From the NCBI GenBank assembly GCA_029856155.1, contig JAHQWL010000098.1, forward strand, positions 15,921 through 79,920: DNA of 64,000 bases. The letters run 5' to 3'. This DNA is from Promethearchaeia archaeon (lineage in GTDB: Archaea; Asgardarchaeota; Lokiarchaeia; Sigyniarchaeales; SOKP01). This document shows, one piece after another, positions 50,801 to 62,200 of the stretch. Within the stretch, counting starts at the first letter, position 1; each line of letters starts with the position of its first letter. Position numbers and translations under genes: made by a program. Below the pieces are notes generated by a model, which did not search any database, had not been told where the DNA came from, and worked only from the letters and a program-made list of their open reading frames with translations.

Positions 50801-51904
50801 TTGCAAAAGGATGCAGAAATGGAATTGAATAAATTAATAAGAGAAAATCTTAGGAAATACTCCGCTTATGAACCGGTTGAACAGCCTGGAGATGATGGTT
50901 GGGTTAGATTAAATAGTAATGAAAACCCTTTTCCACCAATACAAGAAATACTAATTGATATTAAAAAAGCTGTAGATGAGAAAATTAGACTTTATCCAGA
51001 TCCTACTTCATTTGAACTAAGGAAAGAGATTTTAAATGTTTTATTACGAGATATGGATACGCTTACTAATCGAAATTCGGTTTTTATTGGAAATGGTTCA
51101 GATGAGATATTGGATGTTATTTTTAAAACTTTTATTGATTCTGGAGATGAAGTTGTTATATTTTATCCGTCATATGGACTATATAAAGTAATAGCAACAC
51201 TTTATAATGCTAAAATTAGTGAAATTCAACTAAATGATGATTTTTCTATACCAGATTCAGCTTATTCAGTAAAAGGAAAATTAATGATTATTAACTCACC
51301 AAATGATCCAAATGGAAAATCCTTTGGGAACGCCACAATCTTGAAATTGTGTGGTAGTTTTCCGGGTATTGTTGTTATTGATGAAGCTTATGCAGATTTC
51401 TCCAATCAAACATGTCTTCCATTATTAAAGAAAGTAAAGAATTTAATTGTATATCGATCATTTTCCAAGAGTTTTTCTCTTGCTTCTTTAAGGATGGGTT
51501 TTGCTTTAGCTGACTCTGAAATAATTAAAGAAATGAATAGGGTAAAATTACCGTATAATACTAATTATCTAGGTCAAATAGCTGCTCTATCATGTATTAA
51601 ACATAAAAATAAAATAATTGAACAAAACAAAAAAATCTTAGAAGAAAGAACAAGGTTAACTAAAGAATTAAATAAGTACTATGGAATCAGCGTTTTACCT
51701 TCTGATGCCAATTTTATATTTATAAGATTTGAGGATAAGTCTAAAACTTTAAAGTTTGTATGGGATTTAAAAGAAATGAAAATTCTAACTCGACATTTTA
51801 GCAAACCTAGCCTTTATAATTACATTAGAGTAACTATTGGAACTGAAGAAGATAATAATAAATTTTTACAATCATTTAAAACGATTGCAAATAAATACTT
51901 GTAA
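50801..51904 (+). CDS. hisC: histidinol-phosphate aminotransferase
   Basis: LNSNENP, YPD, GNGSDE, DEAY, RSFSK-x-F-x-LA-x-LR-x-G, ANF. Confidence 0.92.
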   Translation: MQKDAEMELNKLIRENLRKYSAYEPVEQPGDDGWVRLNSNENPFPPIQEILIDIKKAVDEKIRLYPDPTSFELRKEILNVLLRDMDTLTNRNSVFIGNGSDEILDVIFKTFIDSGDEVVIFYPSYGLYKVIATLYNAKISEIQLNDDFSIPDSAYSVKGKLMIINSPNDPNGKSFGNATILKLCGSFPGIVVIDEAYADFSNQTCLPLLKKVKNLIVYRSFSKSFSLASLRMGFALADSEIIKEMNRVKLPYNTNYLGQIAALSCIKHKNKIIEQNKKILEERTRLTKELNKYYGISVLPSDANFIFIRFEDKSKTLKFVWDLKEMKILTRHFSKPSLYNYIRVTIGTEEDNNKFLQSFKTIANKYL

Positions 51905-51941
51905 TCTCATTTTATTAATATTAATTTAATTATTAGGCGAG

Positions 51942-53135
51942 TTGGTAGAAATTTCTAATATATTTTTCTCTCCAGATAAAAGGAGAGGTGAAGTAGAATG
52001 TCCATACTGTAAATATAAAATCACAAAACCTTACCCAAATGACCAGCTTTGTCCTAAATGTAAAAAATTTTTAGCAATTTTATTTGATCTAACAACCGAT
52101 AATGAAAAAAAACCTCTTCCTAAACAATTTAAGACAAAATCTACTACATTATCTTCAAAATTAGGCACAAAAGTGAAAGTTAAAGAATCACCATTAGTCA
52201 TTTCTTTAGATAGTGATAAAATTAAATTAAAGAAAGGAGAATACATAAAATTAATAGGTATTACTTCAATAGAAAGAACTCAGCTCTATTGCAGTAATAA
52301 TAAATATAATTATTTATTAGAATTAACAAATAATTTAGATTTCATAGCTACAGGTATTTTGGGAGGTGAACTTGATAAAATGCTCTTGATTTCCGAAAAG
52401 AAGGATAAAGAAGAAAAATGCCAATTTTATGTAAGTAATAAAATTATATATCTTGTTTATGGAAGATTTCCTGATAAAAAAGGCAAATGGATCCTTGAGC
52501 AAATGTCAAATAACTTCTCAGAATTAGTACAAAATAAAGATGTAGACAAATTGGATAAATTTGAGAAATATCAAATTGAATTGGAATTTAAAAAACGAAC
52601 CAGGTTTATTTTACAGCAATATGTTAGTTTACAAGAAATATTTACTGATCAAGAAATCCCGTATGTAGAAGATACCATTAGAATTGATTACGTTGGACTA
52701 TCATCGATGTCAATAGGCGTAATATCAATTCTCTTGGGTGAAGAAAACTTAAATATTGAAAATATTGGTGAATTCGAAGAGCCAGAAGAACAAAAAGAAA
52801 TGAAAGAGTCAATGCTTACTGCTAGAATTGAAGCAATTGCAGCTAATACTCAGGGAAATACTGGAGCTACACCTCGGTGGATTGCGGTAAAATTAGGTTT
52901 TCAAAAATATCGATTTTTAACTTTTAAAAAATACGAAAATGATTATTTTCTTTCACTGCTCTCTGAAGGAAATCTAGGAAGAATTGAAAAAGTAGAAGAA
53001 TTAATCGATCCAAAAATCAGAGAAATCACACTTAATGAATTTTCCGGAAATTTAAAACCCTTTAACGTATTAAAAATTGATTTAGAGCAAAATTTTAGTA
53101 GAAGAAGAAAATTTCCTCCTTTTACATTTATTTAG
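51942..53135 (+). CDS. hypothetical protein with N-terminal Zn finger
   Basis: CPYC...CPKC; remainder unrecognised alpha/beta. Confidence 0.65.
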   Translation: MVEISNIFFSPDKRRGEVECPYCKYKITKPYPNDQLCPKCKKFLAILFDLTTDNEKKPLPKQFKTKSTTLSSKLGTKVKVKESPLVISLDSDKIKLKKGEYIKLIGITSIERTQLYCSNNKYNYLLELTNNLDFIATGILGGELDKMLLISEKKDKEEKCQFYVSNKIIYLVYGRFPDKKGKWILEQMSNNFSELVQNKDVDKLDKFEKYQIELEFKKRTRFILQQYVSLQEIFTDQEIPYVEDTIRIDYVGLSSMSIGVISILLGEENLNIENIGEFEEPEEQKEMKESMLTARIEAIAANTQGNTGATPRWIAVKLGFQKYRFLTFKKYENDYFLSLLSEGNLGRIEKVEELIDPKIREITLNEFSGNLKPFNVLKIDLEQNFSRRRKFPPFTFI

Positions 53136-53262
53136 AATCTTTGGATTATTAATCTTAAGAATATTTGATAAATATTTTCTTTAATAAGTGTAAATTTCCA
53201 AGAGATTTTTTTTTTGAATATATTTTTATTAATAAATATAATCGAAATTAATTGAATTATCA

Positions 53263-55755
53263 ATGGAACAATTAATGATTGAAATTATCAACGATAACGA
53301 TGAAATATTTGAAGTTTTCAATGGTATTGTTGGTTTCATATTTAATAAGAATGGAGTTAACAAAGGGTATTATAAGATCTATTTTAAAAAAAACGGATTG
53401 GAAGCGTGTATAATCAAGGATTGTTACTCTGTAATAAATTTTTATAACCAAGAAAAAGAAGATTTAACAGAATGCACATCTAAAAATTATTATTTTGAAT
53501 CTAACACAGAAAAAATAGTTAATTCCTTTGGAAATGGATTGAAAATTATTTTTAAATCATTAAATAATAACAATCAAGAAATTACCTTTGATATTCAATT
53601 TGTATTGTATGAGAATGTTGATTTTATCCTGATTAAATTAACAGATATCAAAAATAATAATCCCAATCAATTACCAGTTCATAGCATTTCACCTTTTTCA
53701 ATTAAAAAAGGTTCTCTATGGTTATCTGGATTAGAATCTCCAACAAATTTGCACAATATTACTTGGTTTAAAAATGGATGGCAAAGTTGGAGCTCCTGTG
53801 AACTATTTTTTGGGAACCAAAGAGATGTAGAAGGAGCTTCTACAGAAATTCTAAATATGATATATGATAATCAAGATTATATCATCAAAGGGAGATTTTA
53901 CAGTGAATATTGTACTGTTATTACTGATTTAGACTCAAAAAACTCATTAATTTTAGGTTTTGTTTCATTAAAAGATCAATTCTCAAGAATAATTATTGAT
54001 TACGATGATTATAATGTATTAAAATTACTAACAGCATTTGGATGTACAGATAACATTTTTTTTAATAATAGCACCATTGATTCCTCAGAAGAATTGTTTA
54101 TCAGTTTTAAAATGGAGAATAAAGGCTATCTAGGGTTAATTGATTATGCTAAAATCATCAATTTAAATATAAAAGAGTCCCGTATCACCCAAATTCCAAT
54201 AGGTTGGTGTAGTTGGTATTATTATTTCACAAATATAAAGCAAGAACAAATGATCAAAAATTTAGAATTTTTTAAAAACCATCGAGATATACCAATTGAT
54301 TTTTTTCAATTAGATGATGGATACTTCACTAATATTGGTGATTTTTCTAATATAAATGAAAAATTTCCTAATGGATTACCTTGGTTATTCAGATATATAA
54401 AGAAATTGGGTTTTCAAGGAGGAATTTGGACAGCACCCTTCATAGCAATAAAAAGATCTAACTTTTTCAGAAATCATCGAAATTGGTTTTTAACAAAATC
54501 AAATAAATTGTTACCAGTGCTTTTTAATTGGAGATCATTTGAATATAGTGTAGATCTATCAAATAAAGAAGTATTAGATTATCTTCATGATTATTTCACT
54601 GATCTTCTCTATGCATTAAACCCAAAAACTAATGAAGCGAAAGAAAAGCTTATAAATTTCTTCAAGATTGATTTTCTTCATGCTGGAACTCCTTACGGTG
54701 CATATTATAGCAATCCAACTTATACAAGAGCCCAAATGCTTTATAATGGTATAAAAATAATTAGAGATGCTATCAGTGATGATGCATTTCTATTAGGATG
54801 CGGTGCTCCATTAGGACCTTGTGTGGGGTTAGTTGATGCAATGCGCATAAGTTGTGATACAGCACCTCGTTGGGATGCGGGATATATTGAGAAATTTGAA
54901 AATGGAAGGGGTATAACTGAAATTTCACTAAAAGCAGCTTTATTAAATACTCTCTATAGATCCTTTATGCATAAGTATTTTTGGATAAATGACCCCGATT
55001 GTTTAATGATCAGACGAACTGATACAGAATTAAATATTAACGAAATAAGATTACAAATGACTATTTTCGGGTTATCAGGAGGGCAAATTTTAATATCAGA
55101 TGATATGTCTAAACTATCTGAGGAAGAAATTAATGATGCCAAACTCCTTCTACCTCCTTACAATCCAAAAGAGTATGACCCTGTATTGGTTGATGCCTTT
55201 ATATCAGTGTTGCCATCAATATATATGCTTGAAACAAAAGAAGTAATCGGTAAAAGATATCTAGTGGCATTAATAAATTGGAATAATAATTTTATTTCTA
55301 AAAAAGTAAGGATTTTAGATCTAGTCCCTAATTTATCTGATAATGATAAAAAATTCTACATATTTGATTTTTGGAATGAAAAATTTCTGGGCGAAATTAT
55401 GAGTATTGATGATTTTGAGGTAAGTGAAATTGAACCCCATTCTTGCCGATATTTGAACATAATTCCTATAAATGAAAAATTAGAACACTTGCCAGTTTTA
55501 ATTTCCTCAAATTTACATATAACTCAAGGATGCTGTGAAATAAAGAAATTTGAATATCACCAAGAAAATAATCAATTGGAAATTAATCTTGAATTAGCCG
55601 GAATAAGAGAGGGTTTTCTTTTATTGAAACTCCCACAAAATAGGAATATTATTAGATCGAATTCAAAATATTTTAATGTGGATCTAAAAAATAATCTTTG
55701 GAAAGTTATTTTACAATTTAAGAATAAGCTTTCATTATATATTGATTTAGACTAA
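53263..55755 (+). CDS. GH36-like alpha-galactosidase
   Basis: NGWQSWS, GWCSWY, QLDDGY, FKIDF, LGCGAP, MRISCD, NDPD. Confidence 0.88.
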   Translation: MEQLMIEIINDNDEIFEVFNGIVGFIFNKNGVNKGYYKIYFKKNGLEACIIKDCYSVINFYNQEKEDLTECTSKNYYFESNTEKIVNSFGNGLKIIFKSLNNNNQEITFDIQFVLYENVDFILIKLTDIKNNNPNQLPVHSISPFSIKKGSLWLSGLESPTNLHNITWFKNGWQSWSSCELFFGNQRDVEGASTEILNMIYDNQDYIIKGRFYSEYCTVITDLDSKNSLILGFVSLKDQFSRIIIDYDDYNVLKLLTAFGCTDNIFFNNSTIDSSEELFISFKMENKGYLGLIDYAKIINLNIKESRITQIPIGWCSWYYYFTNIKQEQMIKNLEFFKNHRDIPIDFFQLDDGYFTNIGDFSNINEKFPNGLPWLFRYIKKLGFQGGIWTAPFIAIKRSNFFRNHRNWFLTKSNKLLPVLFNWRSFEYSVDLSNKEVLDYLHDYFTDLLYALNPKTNEAKEKLINFFKIDFLHAGTPYGAYYSNPTYTRAQMLYNGIKIIRDAISDDAFLLGCGAPLGPCVGLVDAMRISCDTAPRWDAGYIEKFENGRGITEISLKAALLNTLYRSFMHKYFWINDPDCLMIRRTDTELNINEIRLQMTIFGLSGGQILISDDMSKLSEEEINDAKLLLPPYNPKEYDPVLVDAFISVLPSIYMLETKEVIGKRYLVALINWNNNFISKKVRILDLVPNLSDNDKKFYIFDFWNEKFLGEIMSIDDFEVSEIEPHSCRYLNIIPINEKLEHLPVLISSNLHITQGCCEIKKFEYHQENNQLEINLELAGIREGFLLLKLPQNRNIIRSNSKYFNVDLKNNLWKVILQFKNKLSLYIDLD

Positions 55756-55770
55756 CTTTAATGATGTCAA

Positions 55771-56733
55771 ATGGTTCTAACTCCAAAAAGAATATATGAG
55801 GAATTTGGAAACAGCAACATTAACAAATTTAGAGCCTATGATCTTTTAACTTCTTTTATCGAAAATAGCGAAGACGAAGAAATCAGAGTAGATTCTATTA
55901 AATATTTAGAAAAAATTGGGGTATTTCATGAGAAATTATTTAATTTTTTAGAAAACATATTAATTTCAGATTCAAATAGAGAAATTAGAATTATAGCAGC
56001 GGAATTTCTTAAAAATAAATTTCTTGAAAAGTCAATTAATCCCTTTAAGTGGGTTATTAAACACGAAACAGATTATGAATGTATAATTATAGCAATTAAA
56101 TCATTAAAAAAGATCAATTCTAGTGAAACCAAACTCCTTCTATTTAACCAATTAAAGAGTATAATAAAAACAAAATATATTAATAAACAGAAAAAGATTG
56201 AGAATAGAAAATTTAAAAAAATACTAAAGAAATTAGGAAAATCAAAAAAATATGACAATTTTACTCATAAAGAATTATCGGACATTCTTATCAATTATAT
56301 AATAATTAAAAATCTAATAAAGCAATATCCAAATGTATACTATGAATTGAATCCACAAAGTGGATTAATTGAAGAGTTGGATTTGTCAGATTTTTTAGAA
56401 TACGAGGTTAGAGGCGTTCTTTTTGGATGGAATAATAATATAACATCAATTTCGGAAATTTGGGGCTTAAAATATTTAAATAATATTAAAAAAATTGATC
56501 TATCTAATAATCAAATTGAAAATATTATGGATTTAGCGAATTTTAAGAATTTAACACATCTAATTTTAACAAATAATAAAATCAGTAAACTTGAAAATGT
56601 AGAAACTATTAAATCATTGCCAAATCTAGTATATTTAGATTTAAGATATAATGATATTATTAAGAAAATTAATCCGAAGGAATTTAATAAAAATATTAGA
56701 GTACTACTTAAAAATTATCTCATATTAAAATAA
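55771..56733 (+). CDS. HEAT-like N-terminus plus short LRR protein (paralog)
   Basis: LTPKRIY, FLENILISD, DLSNNQI repeats. Confidence 0.8.
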   Translation: MVLTPKRIYEEFGNSNINKFRAYDLLTSFIENSEDEEIRVDSIKYLEKIGVFHEKLFNFLENILISDSNREIRIIAAEFLKNKFLEKSINPFKWVIKHETDYECIIIAIKSLKKINSSETKLLLFNQLKSIIKTKYINKQKKIENRKFKKILKKLGKSKKYDNFTHKELSDILINYIIIKNLIKQYPNVYYELNPQSGLIEELDLSDFLEYEVRGVLFGWNNNITSISEIWGLKYLNNIKKIDLSNNQIENIMDLANFKNLTHLILTNNKISKLENVETIKSLPNLVYLDLRYNDIIKKINPKEFNKNIRVLLKNYLILK

Positions 56734-56744
56734 AAGAAAAAAAA

Positions 56745-58094
56745 TTATTCAATTAATTGTGTTTTTCCAGTTCCCCAAACACCAAGAGCTACTCCTAATT
56801 CTTTATGCTGTTTAGCAACGTCTCTTACATTCTTTCCTTCCATTACAGCATCTATCGCTTGTCTGAATGCTTTTGCTCCAGCAATTGGTCCATCAGGATG
56901 ACTATGGATACCACCACCACTACCAATGAGGATGTCGTTACCTGCCTCTTTCATACATTTCTCTACCATTCCTTGTGTAATTCCACCACTTGGCATCGGC
57001 AACGTTGGTTTAATGTGTTGTAATGGATATCTTAATGCTTTAAGATTCTGTTCATATCTCTCCTCTAAAATTTCAGCTTTACCATAGGGTGCGGGAATTA
57101 CTACGGTGTCTGCCCCACAAATTCTTGGTAATTTTGCAAAAGTTAACATACTTGTCATTCCCGTCCACTCTCCTCCAAAATAGGTACCACCAAAATCCAT
57201 ATGTCCTAGGATTGGCACTTTTATTGAAGGATCTTCAGCTATTTGTCTTAAAGCTTCATAACCAGTAGATAAATAATTAATCATTAAGGCATTAGCACCT
57301 AATTCGATCATTTTATCTGCGTATTCAAACATTTCAGGGAATTTAGTTGTAATATTAATTGTATATAATGTTTTTTCTCCTTTTTCAGAATCTGCTCTAT
57401 CTACTGCTTCCATTACTTTAACAATTCTATCTTCAAGAGTATTAAATGAGGGGTTCGAAATTAATTCATCATCTTTTACTACATCACATCCTCCAACTGC
57501 CGCTTTATATACTAAATCAGCTGCAACTTCACATGTGTGTCCTGTACAAGGCTTCACCATATTATTTAATAAAGGTCGTTTAGGGATATTCATTAATTTT
57601 CGAATACCATCAATACCAAACTTAGGACCTTTGAAATCTTCTAACCAAGCTTTAGGAAAAGCTAGATCTACTAACTTTAGACCGTGGGTTATGCTGATAT
57701 TTCCGATCACAGTTGTAAATAACATGGGAATGCCCATCCCTTTGATATTTACAATTGGAAACCCGATTTGAACGAAATATATTCTTTCTTTAGTATCCTT
57801 GGGTATGTAATATTCATACATAGGGAGTTCATAAACACCTAATACTCTTGCCACATGATATTTTCTAACTTCCTCTGTTTCAGCAGGAACTCTAACCCAT
57901 GTTCCAGTTGACTGCTCAATTGCAGCAAATCTTGATAAATAGTTGACATTTTGACCCTTAGGTCGTTTAATGATATAACTCGCAATAATGTATTTTTCTA
58001 AATCAATACCATCTAATCCTATAGCTTCGGGAACATCATAATACTGTTCACAGCTAGGAAAATTTTCTTCCATCTTTTTCTCACTAGAATTCAT
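56745..58094 (-). CDS. RuBisCO-like protein (probably form IV)
   Basis: EQSTGTW, GPKFG, KP, VKDDE, SGG, GGGIHSHP; GHMDF replaces the H-R-A motif of true RuBisCO. Confidence 0.85.
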   Translation of the reverse strand: MNSSEKKMEENFPSCEQYYDVPEAIGLDGIDLEKYIIASYIIKRPKGQNVNYLSRFAAIEQSTGTWVRVPAETEEVRKYHVARVLGVYELPMYEYYIPKDTKERIYFVQIGFPIVNIKGMGIPMLFTTVIGNISITHGLKLVDLAFPKAWLEDFKGPKFGIDGIRKLMNIPKRPLLNNMVKPCTGHTCEVAADLVYKAAVGGCDVVKDDELISNPSFNTLEDRIVKVMEAVDRADSEKGEKTLYTINITTKFPEMFEYADKMIELGANALMINYLSTGYEALRQIAEDPSIKVPILGHMDFGGTYFGGEWTGMTSMLTFAKLPRICGADTVVIPAPYGKAEILEERYEQNLKALRYPLQHIKPTLPMPSGGITQGMVEKCMKEAGNDILIGSGGGIHSHPDGPIAGAKAFRQAIDAVMEGKNVRDVAKQHKELGVALGVWGTGKTQLIE

Positions 58095-58171
58095 TAATTA
58101 TTCTAAGGGATATTAATGTTATTCAATACTAAAGTTTTATGATTGAAAAAAATAATAAAAAAAAAAATAAA

Positions 58172-59287
58172 TTAGATTTTAGCTTTTGCTTCAGCTTTAG
58201 CTGCTGCTTTAATACTTACATAGGAATTTTCCAAAACTGTCAAATATTCAATTAAAACTTGGCTTGCTTTTGATTTTTGATCATATACCTTCTTAATAAT
58301 GTTTAATAGGTACTTAGGGAAAGTCAAATTTAAATAAAAATCTGAGAGTAAAGCATAATATTCATTATTTCTCTCATCTTGGAAAACTTGGATCATTTGA
58401 GTATCCCAAAGTAACTTTAGGACATCATCAAGATCATCAACACCTTTCTTTCTTAATTTCTCAAGATCATTTTTAGTTACTATTGCGTTCCTTAATAACC
58501 GTAGTGTTTCATAAACTTGAGGATTAATAAGAATGTCTATGATTCTAAGATTATCTCCTTCTGTAGGTCGGTAGTTTTGAAAAAATTTCTTGACTTCTAT
58601 TCTATAATCTTCTGAAAGTTGAGAAGGTAAACCACGGCTAGATGGATCACCCAACATTTTTACTGGAGGAACTCTCAAAGCTATGACATCTTGTATTAAA
58701 AAAATAAGTTCTGATGGCATACCCTTTACTGAGGTTTCTTTTACAATTTCACGTTTGACTAGTTCTATTAATACACCTTCTAAATCTACGAAGCCTTGCT
58801 TATATTGATCTTTAAGCCATACCATCAATTCTGACTTGGAAACTACACCCTCATCTCTTAGACGATTGATGATTAGGCGTTTGATTTCGTCTTGGTAAGT
58901 TATAGCAAGGCGTTGTTCATTATTGAGAGTAGGATAAACGGATAGTCTTCTAAAAAGATTGGGGATCATTTCTACATAAGCATCGTCTCTAATATTTTGC
59001 AATATTATTCGAGAAATGTCAATTAAACCTCCCTCATAAGAATCTGGATCATCATCTAAACTTAATAGTAAAAGAATGTAAAAACCTTTATCAGGTCCAG
59101 TGTAATAAGAAGCAATGTTTAAAGATCCAATCATTAAACTGATCATTCCAGATTCACCGCTATATTCATGAGTACTATAAACTTGCATCAATGTTTTATC
59201 TGTTATATTGACTTCTTCGGGATATTTAGCTAAAATTTCAGTGCCTACTCTTTCATCCCATCTCATTACTACTAATCCTACTGGCAT
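58172..59287 (-). CDS. Asgard-type protein with putative N-terminal longin-like domain and winged-helix-like repeats
   Basis: GLVVMRWDERVGTEILAKYP resembles the longin/uDENN start; TAATG overlap with the upstream gene. Confidence 0.6.
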   Translation of the reverse strand: MPVGLVVMRWDERVGTEILAKYPEEVNITDKTLMQVYSTHEYSGESGMISLMIGSLNIASYYTGPDKGFYILLLLSLDDDPDSYEGGLIDISRIILQNIRDDAYVEMIPNLFRRLSVYPTLNNEQRLAITYQDEIKRLIINRLRDEGVVSKSELMVWLKDQYKQGFVDLEGVLIELVKREIVKETSVKGMPSELIFLIQDVIALRVPPVKMLGDPSSRGLPSQLSEDYRIEVKKFFQNYRPTEGDNLRIIDILINPQVYETLRLLRNAIVTKNDLEKLRKKGVDDLDDVLKLLWDTQMIQVFQDERNNEYYALLSDFYLNLTFPKYLLNIIKKVYDQKSKASQVLIEYLTVLENSYVSIKAAAKAEAKAKI

Positions 59288-62200
59288 TAGACATCACCTC
59301 CATTAGGGTCATCTGAATCTTCTTCTGATTCGTAGAGATTCTCTTCATTCTCTTCTTCTTGTTCATAAAGCTTCTCTTCTTTCTCTTCTTCTGGTTCGGA
59401 AAGCTTCTCTTCTTTCTTTTTAAGTAATTTCTTCGGCTTTTCTTCTTTCACTATGGATAACTTCTTTTTCTTAGCTTCTAACCCCATAACATCTCTTAAA
59501 GATAATCCAATATCTTCCCATTTATCTCCGAGCATCTTTACTATATATTCTTCTTTTGTTGGGTATAATAGTGATTCTGAAATCATTTTATTTCCTTTAA
59601 TGTCTTTTTTCATACTTTTCGCTTTTTTGACAAACGTAGGGATTCTGCGTTGTTGAATTAGTCTATATGAAACAAGACTACCTGTTATTGCCACAATTGC
59701 ACCTACAATCATAAGAAAATAAAAAGTAGGTACCCCAGGGAAAATTTCTGCTATTGAAACCACAACTGTAAAATCACGAGTTTCAGATGTAAAATTCGCT
59801 TTTTCAATAATCAGTGTAGCTATAAAGGTTTCAGGCATAAAAAACGGTTCGGCTATTGGAAATGTATTAACAGTATATGTACCATCATGATTATCAATAA
59901 TGAAATTATTACTGGTGGTATACACAATGCCTCTTATAGTGAGAGTTAAATATGCTCCAATAACTGGAACCGAACTATTATTAGGATCAGTGAGTGTTAT
60001 CTTAAATTGTACAGTTCCTCCGGAAGCTAAATGTATTATAGTGCCAACAGAAAACAGCGGGTAAAACTCTCTTTTATTAATAGTTAGAGAGATTATTGCG
60101 ACTCTAAAATCATAATTATCCTTATTTAACGTAACTACAATAGAATATTCTCCTGCTTGAAGGGTTTCTGTGTCCAGGTCTAAAATATATTGATGACCAG
60201 CAGTTTCATGTAATGTTCCAGTAATTGTACTACCTGGGATTGGATCTCCATTCTCATCAAGTTTATGTAGAATATAACTTTTTTCATTCGCATTCTCTAT
60301 AATCGTGGAAGTTAGGAAGTCAGTAAACTCAAAACTCCAGTTATAGGAATCTAGCACATACAATTTTTTACTTAGATATAATACATCTCCGTTTCCTTCT
60401 AATAGCGTTAATCGATTAATTATATTAATAATGAGACTAGGACTTGGGATTCCAACACTGAAGTTTTGTTTCACTGCTAATATATTGATTGTATAAGTAC
60501 CAATTTCGGTTACATTACCAGTATCAAAGGAAAATGAATAATATCCAGGACCTTTTGTAGTATCTGGGTTTATTTGCCCCGATCCAAAAGCCCAACTATA
60601 TGTAACCTCTGCATTCGTAATCGGAGCACTAGAAACCAACTCTCCAAAATAGCATGTTATATTTAATATTTCATTCCAATATTCTGTAAGTGTATATGAT
60701 GGAAATTCATCTCCTGTGGTGTAATTATGAATAGTCAAATCTGTTAACACCGTCTTTACTCTAAAGGGAATCGGAAGTGGGTCTGGGGGTGTATAAAGCG
60801 TCGGAGTAGTTTTACTAGCGTAAATCCTAATATGATATGATTCACCACCTATAAATGAAAATTCCGATGTACTGAAGTTATAGCTGTATTTACCTTTAGA
60901 ATAGTTATTTGTAATCAAGTTGATCGATGAACCTATTGCATTAAAAGATTCATCAAGGAATTGGAGGTATATCGAAGTGGGATGTCCTAATTCTGGAACA
61001 GTAAGAAAAGGATTTTTTATTGTAAAAGTAAAGTTAATTGTAACATAGTCTCTCCAATAAATGTCAGTTGTAAAATTTGAAGGATTCTTGTATATTAAAG
61101 TTAAATTTGTTATGTAATCTGTAACGACATAAATAATAACAAGAGAAGTTTCTACCACCTGAGAAGTATAATTTTCTTTGTCAAGAGTCACTGTTATTGT
61201 ATAAGATCCATCTGGTAAAGTTGCTGTATCAAAATTTTTGAGATAATATACTTCTCTAATTGGATCATATCCAAGAGAATCACCACCGGATGCTTCCGAG
61301 CCATTGTAAGAATATATTTGCGTATCTAAATTAGTTATGGACGTACTTGTTAAATCATCACTGTAAAAATACGTAAGATTCAATGAGACTCCGATATTAA
61401 TTTCAAAAATATCAGTGCTATTACTAGATGTTGGACGATCTTCAATTGTTAAAGAAATAACAGCACTCCTTAATTCATAATTTAATTTATCAAGAGTTAT
61501 AAATACAAAATAGTCTCCAAGTTCCATTTTCTCTGTATCAAGGTCTAAAATATATCTATGATCACCAGTTTCAATTAATGAGCCAATTTTATTTTCCCCC
61601 GGTATTGGAGCTCCATCTTCAAGTTTCTGCCAATTATAACTCATTTCATCTGGATTTGAAATTCTAGTAGTGGTTAAAACGTCGGTGTAATTAAATTCAA
61701 AGACTTCCGTTTCAAGAGCATAAATATGTTCACTAAGAAAAATTACATTATTGGTACCATTTATTTCTGTTGACCTTAAAAGGATAGTAAGAGTAATTTC
61801 AAAATCATCGATTTTAGTATGATTTTCAAGCGAAGCCGTTATATCAATTTTGTATATTCCTACAATTGGAGCAAGTGAAGTACTAAGTTCAAATGTATAA
61901 TATCCAGGATTCATTGGATCTTGATCTATAGAACCAGATCCATAGTCCCAATCATAAGTGACTAATTCTGCTGTTAAAGAGTTACTGGTACTCGTATCAT
62001 AATATCTAACAGTCACATTGATAAGCTCATTATAATATTGTGAAATTGTATTCGTTGGAATTTCATCAAGTATTGAACTATAATTATGAAGACTCATACT
62101 CGTTGTTAATGGACTTATGAAAATTGAGAAACTCTGATCTGGTGGTTGGTAATAGTATAATTTCTTTCCTGAAATAATTACGAAATATGATTTTCCATAA

